Source: Nymphaea colorata
Taxonomy: Eukaryota
DNA length: 64,000 bases
Assembly (NCBI RefSeq): GCF_008831285.2
Contig: NC_045138.2
Location: 23,746,001-23,810,000, forward strand
Direction of reading: 5' to 3'
Shown piece after piece: positions 12,639 through 24,535 of this stretch. Both the position numbers and the translations under genes were made by a program. Below the pieces are notes generated by a model. The model was not told where the DNA came from. It saw only the letters and a list, made by a program, of their open reading frames with translations, and searched no databases. Position 1 is the first letter of the stretch, and the number at the start of each line of letters is the position of its first letter.

Positions 12639-13199
12639 GTTGCAACCATTAACATTTATACCATTAGCCATGGTGTTAGCTGTAGCAATTGCTTGCAAAA
12701 ATTGAAAATGTTGATGATGACCTTAATATTAGTAACCGAAAAATGCAGCTCAATCAATTCTACTGTTGGTGCCCATACAAAGCATTTGCCAAACTTTAAT
12801 GGGTGAAAGATGTGGTTGGACGGTTTGAGAGGTCGGTAAACTTTTAGGTGGGAATTCGAAGAACACCATATGCCCCTAAATACAGGTAATTGTTACCAAG
12901 TACTTGGCCAATTCGTGCCTCCGTTGCCCATTAATGAGGCAGAGACTTTGGAACAGGGAAATTGAACTTTCGTGATTTCCACTCATTAAAACATGGTGTT
13001 TTAGTGACATTTATTAATGATAGGCCTCAGTCATTTTCCTTTTTGGTTGTTTTTCACTGATCAACCAGAAAATTATTAATTTCCTTGCAAACTCGCATGC
13101 TTTTACAAGGACAAAACCAAATGGAACCTTATAACTATAACCCTATTATCTTGTAATGAACACTTGCTATGTACCATCGAAATACCACAATACATTAGC

Positions 13200-14560
13200 T
13201 TAACCAAGAAAAGTTAGATTAGTCTTTAACTGTTTGTAAAAGATACGTTAAGAATCCAATTGTCTTTTTCATTTCAAGATGATTGATGAAAAGATCCTTC
13301 ACGAGAAAGACAAGTTCCCCATGCTTCTTCCAAAATATCCCTGCATGGGTGCATAATAGACAAGCCCAAGAAAAGTTAATTAATGGCTAAAAAATTTGTC
13401 ATGAGAAGGATATACATATCTAATCGATGAAGAGGTTGTACAATTATTTATTTTAAATTATTAACTTTCTTTCTTTTATGAAGAAGATGCTATACCAAGT
13501 AACACATCTCCAATCTTTTATATTTTTCTTTCTTCAGACAATTGAAGGTCTCAATATTTTAAGGATGTGACCTGCACTCCGAGAGAAATTACATGGCTGT
13601 GCAAGTTTAAGATCAATGGTGCCCCATATATTTTCTCAACTCACTTTGTGCTAATTTAAGCACATGATTTATTTAATCTCCTTGAAGAAGTGCTATCACT
13701 GTTAGAGTTGTCTAACGCTGGAAGACCAGAGTTGCGTTGAGGCATGAGCTCTCCTCTGCAATCACCAGCATAGATCTGACGAAGATAGAGATAAAGGATC
13801 AGTTCCCTCTATGCCGCACAGGCTCATGCTCATACTCTCATCAACTATGAGCACATGTATAAGAGTATTGTAGAAATAATTATGATAGGATTTAAGGGCA
13901 TAATTACATAAGTTAACTAGGAGATTAGGATTTGTGGAAGGCTGCATTCAATGGTTTGTGATGGGTGTGACCTCAGTGTCGACTCTTCACTTGCTTAATG
14001 GAAGGGGGCAGAAAATTTTCACCTTAAAAGAAAGTCTATCAGGGAGAAGACCTACCCCTTTGTTTTTTTAGTAGCTCTGGAAAGGTTCTCGAGGAGTATT
14101 CAACAATGCCTTATGGATGGTATAGTCCGTCCATTTGTTCTCAAAATTGCAGAAGAAATCAGTCTTGCAACTTAAGCGAAGAGTGTAGGAAATTGAAAGA
14201 TGTGTAGGAATGAGAATTAATCAAGAGAAGAAGAGTTTGGTGGTAGCAGCTGATGAGAAGAAACATAAGTTCAAGATCATCTTGTCTACATTAGCAGAAA
14301 CATTCTTGTTCAAACTAAGAGAACTACATTACCTTGCTTCTCAGTTCTTGCCCATCTCTCCTTCCATTTTTTTCTGTCTTCCAGACAGACCCCGTATCTC
14401 CTGTTCCAGACTCAATTCTTTGTTGAAGGTAATTAACAACGAACCTTGACTTTCTTTCTGAGTGTTCCCAAGGCCCCATTCTAGTAAAGGCATCACCTCC
14501 ATTACTTGCTACAATGATGCCCTCTGCCTATAGGCAGCAGCACTACAACAAACAGCATTC
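13200..14560 (-). mobile_element. Highly decayed Ty1/copia internal relic
   Basis: Scattered minus-strand translated scraps in copia order: protease-linked IIVASNGG near 14500, integrase-like EQNG/PS..L..TP near 14100, and RT 'NFLGL' near 13370. Boundaries are approximate. Confidence 0.45.
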
Positions 14561-16499
14561 TTATATTGCTCACTACAACATTAATCATGACATGCATAAT
14601 ATCTAGCTTGCCTCCACACAAACCAGCCTAGAGTCATCCATATCTTCAGTCCTCCTCTCCCTCATTACAAATCATAAACTCACTTCCAACAAGAAGTTGG
14701 ACGGAGAACAGCGTGTGCAAATTCAGATGCTAAAATATATGCTGGAGGAGTATTCTAAAAGACGTGAAAGCATGATGTGAGGAAGAAGTAAGTTGAGCCA
14801 TGAGCGGATAAAATATATGCTGGATGTACATGGTTGAGAATTGTAGCATGTCACCTGTTGGGACTGAAGACTTGAAGGGTTTTGACGAAAAGAAAATTGG
14901 AGGGTGTCTTGTTTGAGCTTGTAATCACAATGTGAAGTAGTTCTTGGAGCGATTAATTAAATTATTGATTATGTTCTTTTGAACTCTGTCTGTCATCTCC
15001 TTCCTTGAGGTTCTTGATTATTTTGTTGTAGCGATAAGACTTGTTTATTTTGGTCCTATATATATATATATATATACCACACACACACTCTTGATCTGAA
15101 CCACCAACAACCTTAACACAAAATTTTTTGTTTACCTTTTTCCTCTTCTCTCTTTGTTAAACGTGAAGAATAGAGAAACAACTACATAAATTATGATCGT
15201 TGAGCTTGGCAATTGAGAGAGAGAGAGAGGACCAGTAAGCAAACCAGCATGGAATGATCTGAACGCTAGTCAGGAGCACGATGCTCAGTTCATCAGGTCC
15301 CAACTGAACAACACGAGCTTGGCTTCTTTATCATTTGTCTACTAGCGGCAACGGGTACAGTTTCATTTCATGCAATTTTAATCTTAGTAGCACAAAAACT
15401 GTTCAGTTCTTATTCAGAGACAACTTCCACAGCAACGGATAGGGTTGCAGTGTACTTGCATAGCCAACAGCTAATTGGATTGAATTGAAGCTACATAGTT
15501 GGCTCCATTAACTGACCAGGCTAATTGAAAGTCCCTTCAATAATGCAACCGATCTATTTTCAAACTAAAAAAAGCCGGATCACCAACTCCTCGATGCAGA
15601 AAATCTGTTAAATGTCTCAAGTAAAAGCAGGAATATTCAACTTTGATATATTCTTCATTTATGGGCAATGAGAGAACAAATATTGTGTGGACCCACAGAA
15701 CACCCCAGGCCAAACACGTTGGCATACCATAATCTATTACAACAAATTTAAAAAAGAAAAAACACTAAACATAACGAACTGATGGAGGGAAAAGAAAAAG
15801 AAAGGCAACTTGGACACGGTGCATGTATCCAAAAATGAAAAGAAGCAACCACGTCCTCCGGTCAAGAACGCGTATCAGCAGGTTCATACAAGCCAATGCG
15901 GTGAAAAAATCCCATCCCAACCCTCAATTATCCCAACGCCACCCCCTTTTCCATTGATGACCAAACACATGAACAAGAAAAAGAAATTTAAGCGAGACAG
16001 TAGAACGCAAGAGTGGTAGATTCAATTTTCTGGGAGGCGGAAAAAGATGGGCAAAACTGTCTAAAAACCAGAAACAGTTTTCCTGTTTCACCGTAGCTAG
16101 ATAACACATGGGTCAGCGCAAACCCCCTACACTGGTTCCCTCTAGATGGGCGCACCATCTACAGGCCTCCTGCTGTTAAAGAGAGCCGAGTTAGAGACCT
16201 TTACAACAGCAAGGACCAGAGTCATGAGCAACGTGTACGTGTCGCCATCTAGAGCTTTCTTCGCCCTCCACCAGACCTTCAGCATACCCTTGCATCTCAC
16301 TACTTACCCCTATGCAAGAGAGGATGGAGGAAACAAAAGCTTCGGTCTCCCTGATTTACGGTCAGTAGTAGCATCACGAGCGCGAGATGACCTCCAGCAA
16401 CCAGATCACCGATTTTTAGTAGCTTCTCATCCTCGGGCTGCCAATTATGCATGAGCACCCTCGTCATCTGTATCCTGCCACAGTTAAAACTGCAAAAAC

Positions 16500-19400
16500 T
16501 CATTGGATCTTTTCTTGCTTCTGTTTAGTTCCTGCAGAGCTATGATCTGCAGATTTCATAGGCACAGTGGACACCGCGTGAAGATAAGGGAAGGCCGCAG
16601 CCACAACAGCTGCTGCAGTGGGGTTGTTAGCTGGATTGGCAGCTGTGCTCAAGGGAGTGGTGAACTGGTGAGTGTGCAGGACTCCTACACTGCCCCTAGG
16701 AGCAGCATTACTGGTATTACCAGACTTCAACGATTCAGGAGCAGAGCTGGTGAGAGAGAGACTGGATCCACCTAGTGAGAGTGCTCCTGTGGCCGCAGAA
16801 TTTGAAGACACTGACGTCAAGTTCTGTGATTGCTCCGATGACGGTCTTCTTTGGGGCAGGTTACAGATGGATGACTGCACCGAAGAAGATGGTTTTGGGT
16901 AGTACCCTGCAGCAGCATGTGGAGGGGCCTGAGAAGACTGTGCAGCAAGGTAGTTATTGGCAAAATAGATCTGAGCGGGCTGGTATTGTGCCTTATTAAG
17001 TTGTGGCTGAGACTGGTGCTGGGTTTTTAAGTTTGACGGCTGGACAGGCTGCTGTTGCGACTGCTTAAGCGATGAACCCTGCACCAACTGCGGATGCCCG
17101 AAACTTGAAGGCAAATTGTTTCGACCACCAAGAGGTGGAGAAGACTTTCTATTCGAGCTTGTATGTGAATTCTTTTGTGGCTGTGAAGCAGCTGGCACTG
17201 GTGTAGGCAAAACCCCTCCTTTAGTGGCTGCAGCAGTTCTAGTAGAGGGGTTTCCACTGCTCTTTGTAATGGAGGGTGAAGGCGATCCAGTAATGGGAGT
17301 GGACGAGTGCGGCCTGGCTGGAGCAGCATTAGAGACATTGCTACTTGAGGAAGAATTTGGCAGGCCGTGTGTCACATGTCCCCCCATTGGCATTGCAGTA
17401 ACCTTTGCATTCACGCCATTGTTAGCAAAAGATATCTGTGAATGTACAGCAGAAGAACCAGGTCCGGCAACAGGACCTTTAGGTTGCTTTTGTGGGGACG
17501 GGAGAGATGCAGATGCTACTGTTCTTGCGTTAGACACCGCTGCTGCAGATTTCCACTGAGGCGATTGTGCAGTCCCTGGAATTAGAGCTTGTGGAAAAGC
17601 AGACAGCCCACCAGGAAACATGTTTACTGGAAGACGGTCAGTGTAAGACACGGGAATAGCAGTCTGTAAGGAAACAGTTGGTACATTTGCGTTGCTTGTA
17701 CCCGATTTTGAACGGGCAATGAACTGAGACTGCTGCTGTGACTGCTGGGTATTGGTAGTACTGGAAGAAGTAGGGCAAGACACCCGAGTTCCATTAGCAG
17801 GAGCTGAGACAAGATTGAGGCTGCGCGACTGATTTTCAAGGATGGCAGGGTTAGAAACATGAGAAGGAGAGGAACCAAAGATGGAGATGGAGGCATTCTC
17901 GTTATTCTCTGACTGCCGTGAAAAAGTGAGTGTGTGGGAAGCAACAGCAGGAGCAGCCTTTGTACCACCCGCTGTCCTTTCTTCTTGACTAATAGCACCA
18001 CCAATATGGTCACTGGCACTCTTACTATCGTCTCCAATCTTTTGGTTAGTGGGGCGCTGCACATGCTGTTGCTGAGCAGAAGCTGCCGCTGCAACAGCCT
18101 GGGCAGCTGCAAGTTGATAACTCTGTCTATAAGACTCTGGTAAATTCTGAAATATAGCATGATGACCTTGAGCCATGGAGAAGTCAATGCCTGGAGGGAA
18201 AGACATGGCAAAAGTCTGAGATGGCAGGAACTCCATGCCTTTTAGACTATATTGAAGATGAGGATCTGAACTCTGAGGCTGAAGAAGCTGCTTCTCACCA
18301 TTCTTGGTACTGCCCAAGGAAGACATGATAGAAAAATTTTGAGCATGATGGATGGGAACAGGAAGAGGGCTGATGCCATAGCTCGTATTGACAGTTGGAT
18401 GAAGATGATGATTGGCATGGGTAAGGAAATTAGGGGAGACTTTTCTATCTGCAGCCGATGGACTATCCCCTTCAGCAGGATGACCAGCTTCTCTTTGGCA
18501 TGGCTGTGAGGCATTCGAGTTGTGATGAGGGTGAACAGAGTTGGATGGAGACTGGTGCATTTTTTGTGGAACCTGCAGCTGCGGCTCCTGTTGCAACTGC
18601 TGCTGTTGTTTGTAGTTATGCGAACTGCTGCCACCGCCACCTTGCAAACGCTGCTGCTGAGAGTGCTTATGAGATGAAGAGGAACCACTGGAAGTGCTTG
18701 GATTCTGCTGTCCCTGTTGAGGAGCCTGAGATTGAGCCTGCTGGATTTGAGAAGGATGAAGCATTTGTGATGCATAAAAGGATCCACTGAAGAATTGTGG
18801 AGGTGGTGCAGCAGCCGCCTGGCCCAGATGCACAGAGCTGCTTCTATAAGCTGAAGCAGCTGCTGCAGCTCCAACATGGGCAGGAATCTGGAAAGGATAG
18901 TCACTGCCCTGTACCATTGCTATGTACTGAGCTTCGTTGGTGGGAAAGTTTGCATAATTGTAGTTCACAGTAGCAACTGCTCCAGAGCCACCAACTTGAG
19001 CTGCCGACGGAGCAACAGCGTGCCCACTAACGGGGGTTTCTGATCCTCCAGGTCTGACCGCTGCTGCCACCTGATTCAGGGGGAAGATTATGGCATGGCC
19101 ATGCTGTAAAAGAATAGCCATGATATAAGCTATTCAGGGGGAAAAAAGGAAAGATATTAAGCGCCACCATTTACAGAGAAAATGTCAACAACATACCGGT
19201 ATGTTAGCTGCAGACGGCGCAATGGTTGGTTGCTGGACAGCTGTTTGCTGCTTCCGCGGGCCATCTGCAACCTGGGCTGAAGCTTTCTCTTTAGGTGTAT
19301 GGCTACCATAAGTGGCAGCATTTCCATTACCCTTGTCCTGTATTGAGGCTGCGGTCCTCCCAGAAGTCGTGAAGTTGGCAGCAGGAAATGCGCCTGATAT

Positions 19401-19680
19401 GGGGCCAGCAAGTATCATCCCTTCCGTTGACGGCATTGCGTTGAGGTTGCAAGGTTTGGCTCCAAATAGAGAAGCATTGCTTGCCGCAGCCCAAAATGGA
19501 TTAATACGAGCTATATGTTGTAGATAACTAATCATCTTGGCAATGAAGCAGTGTGTAGCACAGCGTTTGTATCGTTGATGAGGCAGGAGAATGTGCGGCT
19601 ACAGTTCAACGTCGGAGAGAAACACTCAATTCAAAATACCCCACAACTGATAATAGACGAGATAGAGAGAGCGAGCGAGC

Positions 19681-19718
<38 letters not shown>

Positions 19719-22470
19719 AAGCGTTGGCGCTCCCGGGTTGCCCTCCATCGACACCACTGCTTGAGCAGGTGGAGCTCCAGGCCAACTTGCTGGGGCTTGA
19801 CCTATATACCTGCAGAGAAATTCCAACGTATTACGAAATGATATGAGAAAAGAAAGATTAGCGAGACAGGGAAAAAGGAGAAGCTAAGATACGTAATGAC
19901 AATGAACTAAATACCCAATAGGAGGAAGACCGCCCGGCCAGCCAGGAATCGTCACATGCGGCAAAGGCGCTGGTCCCGCCATCGCTGGTGCAGTGCCAGA
20001 ACCATGTGGAGCTGAGATAAAAGCCGAAAGAAAAAAAATTACAAACCATTTTTCTACCGCTAAACCAAAAGAGCATGACCAGGCCAACGCTTACCAGGTT
20101 TCTCCTTCTGAATATACACGTCCGGTGCCTTCATATCACCCCTGGCGACCTTCGAATTCTTCTGACCGTGCTGTTTGCAGCCTTCCCGATCTGATATTTC
20201 CACATCCATATGCAGATCAAGCATCCGATCTTTACTTTGCTTTGCCTGTTCGCCCGCGCCACTCATCTCTGCTCGCTTCTCTAGTTCAGAGTCGTTTGAA
20301 GGAACCTCTTCCTGCACCTTCGGTACCGCTTTCTCCTTCCCTTCAGACAGGATGATTTCCTCTTTCGCATTCACGGCCTCGATTTCCAAAGTCTGAAAAC
20401 AGAAATAAGAAACTCAATTACCCAAAAAAGGTACTACAAATATTAAGCTTGGAAGGAGGAGAGAGAACGGAGTAACGAAAGGAACATTCAGACCCGATAC
20501 TCACCGAATCACCATTTGTATCCCCGTCCATCATAGACTTCGCAGGAGGAGCCTGGCACAAAGACATAACAAAATTATAAGAAGGCACCAACAAATGGTC
20601 ATGGCAACGTTTCCAATTTATGAATGAGGTTTCACTTCCCACCATTAGATCAATCTTGAAGTTCTGCTCCTTCTGCCCATCGCATGTGGAGAGACTAGAA
20701 GAAAACCTGAAAAGCAAATAGATATAAATGCATCAATTCCAGCCATAACCAATCCATAGGTGACCATCATCTTACCAAATTCCTCACCCTTTAGTGGCAT
20801 CTTCAGAACTAACTTCGGGCTTCACCAAACCAGTCAATTCGACCTGCGGCTCGGACTTCTCGCTACAAATTACGTCCGGAATCACCTTCTCTTCAGCCGC
20901 TTTAGCCGTTGCGTCCAAAAATGCAGGCTTATTTTCTTGGATGAGGTGAAATTTCTCTGATTCCTGATTGGTCTCAAACTTTATGGATCTCGCACCATCG
21001 ACCCCATTGGGAACTACATCCAAGCTATTTTTGTCTCCCTTGGGAGAAGAGACCTCCATCTTCTCTGCCTCATCAATAGAGGAGGCCGAAATGGTCGAAA
21101 TCACCCCACTTCCAAATCCGCTCTTTTCCTCCTCCGGTTTCACCGGCCGAGGCCTTTTCCTCTTCGGAGCCCCTATGGACACAAAGAACGAATCAGAAAA
21201 CAACCAACGAAAAGTAAAGGGCTTTTCTTGCCGTCTACCGGCAAAGTTAAAAGAGAATCGATTACGAGACTGACCCAAAGCTGGGGAAGCCGCCGCCATC
21301 GAGCTCAAAGCCTTCGGCGGCAGACCGACCGATTGCTGAGGGGAGAGAGGGGACGACGCTCGGGCCTTTCCCACCAAAGTCGAGGATTCTTCCTCCCTGT
21401 CCTCCACCTTCATGGACGAAGGATTGCCTGCGAGTTCTGGATTCACAGAGGGGGCCGGGTATTGCCTCAACCCGAACAGGACCTCCGCAACCTCGATCTC
21501 GATCTCCTCCTGGTTTGAAACCTTTGCTACCTTCGCAGGCCTCTGTTTCGCTCCAATCGGCTTCTGAACTCACACATACACAGAGAGAGAGAGAGATGCA
21601 GATCTCAGGAGAAGGCGAGAGAGTAAGAATCGAAAAGAAAGGAATGTTTTGAGACGCTGAAACAGACCACTCTCCGACGGATTGACGCGTTGGATGAAGG
21701 TGGCGAAACGGAGGCCGCACTAGGAGTTGCCGGAGAAGTGGAACACTGTCGCAGGGCTGGAAACTGGTCTCCTCCTCCACCCCCTGAACCAGAGCTCTCA
21801 TGTGATCTTTTCACTGAAGCTGCAGAGCAACACGAAAACAGAAGAAAATCAACCAACAAATCCAGAGAAGAAAGTTTTCATCCACCAATTAATTATTCCG
21901 AAGGGCCGGCCTCTCACCAGACCGAGCCTTCCGCGGCACCGGCACTCCAATCATCTCATCGGGGACCTTCCATGGCGGCTTAACGATCTTAGCTGCCGCA
22001 GGCGGGTTACCCCTTCGGTGGTTCGCTACGGACGAGTCCTCATCCTCGTCATCGTCCTCTTCCTCAATATCCACACTCTCTTCAGAGCTCTCGTCCCCTC
22101 CCTCTTCCCTGTTACCATGCAACCTTTCCCCCCTCCGCCTCTTGCTCCGACTCAACCGATCCTTCTTTCGATCCCTCAGCCGCACGGCCGCCATTTCCTG
22201 CAGCTCTCCGGCCACTGCCTCCTCTGAGCAACAAAACCCAAAGGTAAATCATGTCAGTCCTTACAGAAGAAACAAAGAAAGAAACAAGAACCTAACCAGC
22301 AAACTCTATCCGGTCGGAATCTAGCAGTAAAAGCAAGGAAACTCCCAAAGAAGAACCCTTTCCCTACCAGGCGAGTCCCTCATCCCGCTACCGCCGTTCC
22401 TCTGCGGCCTCCTCCGCGGCAACCCATTCGCCATCGGCTGTGCTCTCCTAACCTCCCTATTCCTGTCCAT
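16500..22470 (-). CDS. TIC: TIME FOR COFFEE homologue (circadian clock regulator), 12 exons, about 1613 aa
   Basis: GT-AG, phase-consistent exons: 22368-22470, 21918-22223, 21668-21819, 21275-21563, 20788-21172, 20643-20706, 20505-20552, 20095-20392, 19915-20011, 19716-19809, 19197-19598, 16500-19103. TIC motifs MDRNRE, RSKRRRGERL, WK.PDEMIGVPVPRKARS, EIEIEVAEVLFG, APKRKRPR, FKIDLMAPP, GWPGGLPPIGY, KRCATHC, NPFW. Q/S/P-rich tail. Confidence 0.93.
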
Positions 22471-22501
22471 CACCCCCGGCGTCGATCGCCCTCCCGCTCA
22501 T

Positions 22502-22609
22502 CTAACTCAGACCTTCGACCACCTCCTGCCGTCCGATCTCCGCCCGATCTCGGCGCATAATTCCACCCACAACACCGGAAGACGTCCCACCGGGAAACCA
22601 CCCTCGCAT
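22502..22609 (-). other. Candidate uORF (35 aa) in the TIC 5' leader
   Basis: ATG at 22609 to TAG at 22502, encoding MRGWFPGGTSSGVVGGIMRRDRAEIGRQEVVEGLS. The transcription start is unknown. Confidence 0.5.
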
Positions 22610-23039
22610 TCGAGCACCTCGACGTCCGACCGAGAACCCTCAAGAATCTCCGACCCTGAAACCGAAACCCCAAGCCGAGGAGACGCCCTTCTCCAGATAT
22701 CCCCCTCAACCTCCCCTTCGCTCTCTCTATCCTCTATCCTCTGCCGTCGCCTATTTCTCCTCTCCCTTTCTCTCCATCTCTCAACCGCGCGACCCCACTC
22801 CATAGTGGGCGCATGGACGGCTGAAACGCCCCAGACGTTCACGTCGAAACACGACCACCGTCCGATCGATGAACGCATCGGACGGTCCCCATACTTTTGT
22901 GCCAGCATGGCGAAACGCTACCCGTTAGATGAGCCGAACGCCGGGGCCCCTCGCCGACCTCACCACGCGTCCATATTCGCATAGGCCCCGCTTCCGCACC
23001 AAAAGCATCGCCGATGAGGCCGCGATTAATTCCTCCACC

Positions 23040-24535
23040 TACACGTGTCCGTCACTGCTATCTCCGTACAGCCCCATTAGCCGGTGTAACTCCGGGGCCC
23101 ACCGCAGAGAAAGAGGCACAGTAGTCAAAACGGTCCCGGCTTCTTCAACTTTTTGCGTTTAATTTTTTTTTGTCAGTTGGGGAAAAAAAAAAAGGGCAGA
23201 GAATTCCACGCTTCTCCGATTCCCCCTCCCATCGCCGACCCAGTTGACTAATCGGCTGCCCCGCATAAGAACGAACGGCCCCGATGAAACGCGAACAGGT
23301 TGTAGACCGTCCATCTCGAGCGCGAACCTTCCTCGCCTGCCCCCACGTACCGCTTTCATCCCGAGCGCCACGCTGGCAGCGAGGAGAACCCCACCGTCTT
23401 CGTGTCGGGCGGATGGTTCTGGGCCGTCGGATCGATCCGCATCTGACGATTCAGAAGGCGAGGTTCGTGGGAGCTTCCGTGGGCGTGGGGCCCGCTTGCG
23501 CTCGTGGGCGTTGCCGACGTGGCGGAGAGGTCGCGTGGGTCCAACTAACTCAATTTTTTTTTTTTTTTGGTTTACCGAAAGGGGTGACGTTGCTTGCTTC
23601 TTGACGGAATTATCTCCCACTTCGGCCCACGTGGCTTCCTTGCTACACTGACGCTGGAGACGTGTCGAGAGGAAAGCCTTTGGTGCCACGTAAGGCGGGG
23701 TTTTGCTGCAGCCTCATTGGACGATTCCGATCTGGTAATGAGCTGCCCACCTCCACCGAATACCTTGAGATCTTTTCATAAAACCAACTAAATTGCACAT
23801 AACTGCTCCAATTTAAGATATTTCGAAAATATGCCAAACTTTTGAACATTTCCATTGAGATGCTTGATCAGCAAAATAAGTACTAAGCAACGGCACATTG
23901 TCCGTGGCTTCGTTCCACATGATGTGCAAGGCGTGAGCACCTCAGAAAACTCTAGTTCAGTTACCATGGCTCTCACACGGGAATCTCGTGAGAAGTCGAC
24001 AGTCATTTGAGAAAAATTAAAAGTTTGATGGTCAACAAAAAGTATACTAAAAGTTGGGCCGGTTCTGTAAATTTTCGAAAACTCTAAAAAAAAAAAAAAA
24101 GAGTATGATTTCTGCCACTGGAGGCTGCACCATTTAAAAAATAGGGATTTTTATCTTGGAGAAACGTGGGGTGGGCCCAGGTTCCGCCTAATCTTGTGGC
24201 CCCAATCTGGGGCTCTCCCCCCACTCTCTTCTCGCTGTGGGACCCACCCTCTCTCTCTCCTGTCCTCTTCCGCTTTCTGTTTCTCTCTCCTCTATCGCTT
24301 TCCATCGTTTCCGCAACTTGGGCGGGACTTTCTCTCACTAGCCTTTCGCTCCCCAGTTTCTCTCACCTCCCAGAATCTCTCTCTCTCTTTTCCTTCGTGT
24401 TTGTTTTTTTGTCGTTACCTTCTCTCTCTCTCTCTCTCTTCATTCCCATCAGCATCCGAGCTGTAATCGCAGGAAAGTCGCTTTGCCACGTGGGATAGAG
24501 ACTCTCGTCCACGTCATCAATCTGACGTGGACTTT
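23040..24535. promoter_or_regulatory. GC-rich TIC upstream region with an ACGT-core (G-box/bZIP) motif cluster
   Basis: CACGTG at 23042, 23628 and 24487. Inverted pair GTCCACGTCA/TGACGTGGAC at 24507-24532. Evening-element-like AAATATCT (minus strand) at 23816-23823. Confidence 0.4.

Noticed and set aside
16475..16531. Possible terminal TIC intron giving ...SAGYR*
   Set aside because: The would-be donor is GA, not GT/GC, so the open frame to 16500 was kept.
16503..18904. Many 70-220 aa alternative-frame and antisense ORFs within TIC's last exon
   Set aside because: Shadow ORFs of a low-complexity coding exon with no recognisable motifs.
23159..23689. 176-aa and 135-aa ORFs upstream of TIC
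   Set aside because: Expected by chance in GC-rich DNA. They cross homopolymer runs and have no domain.
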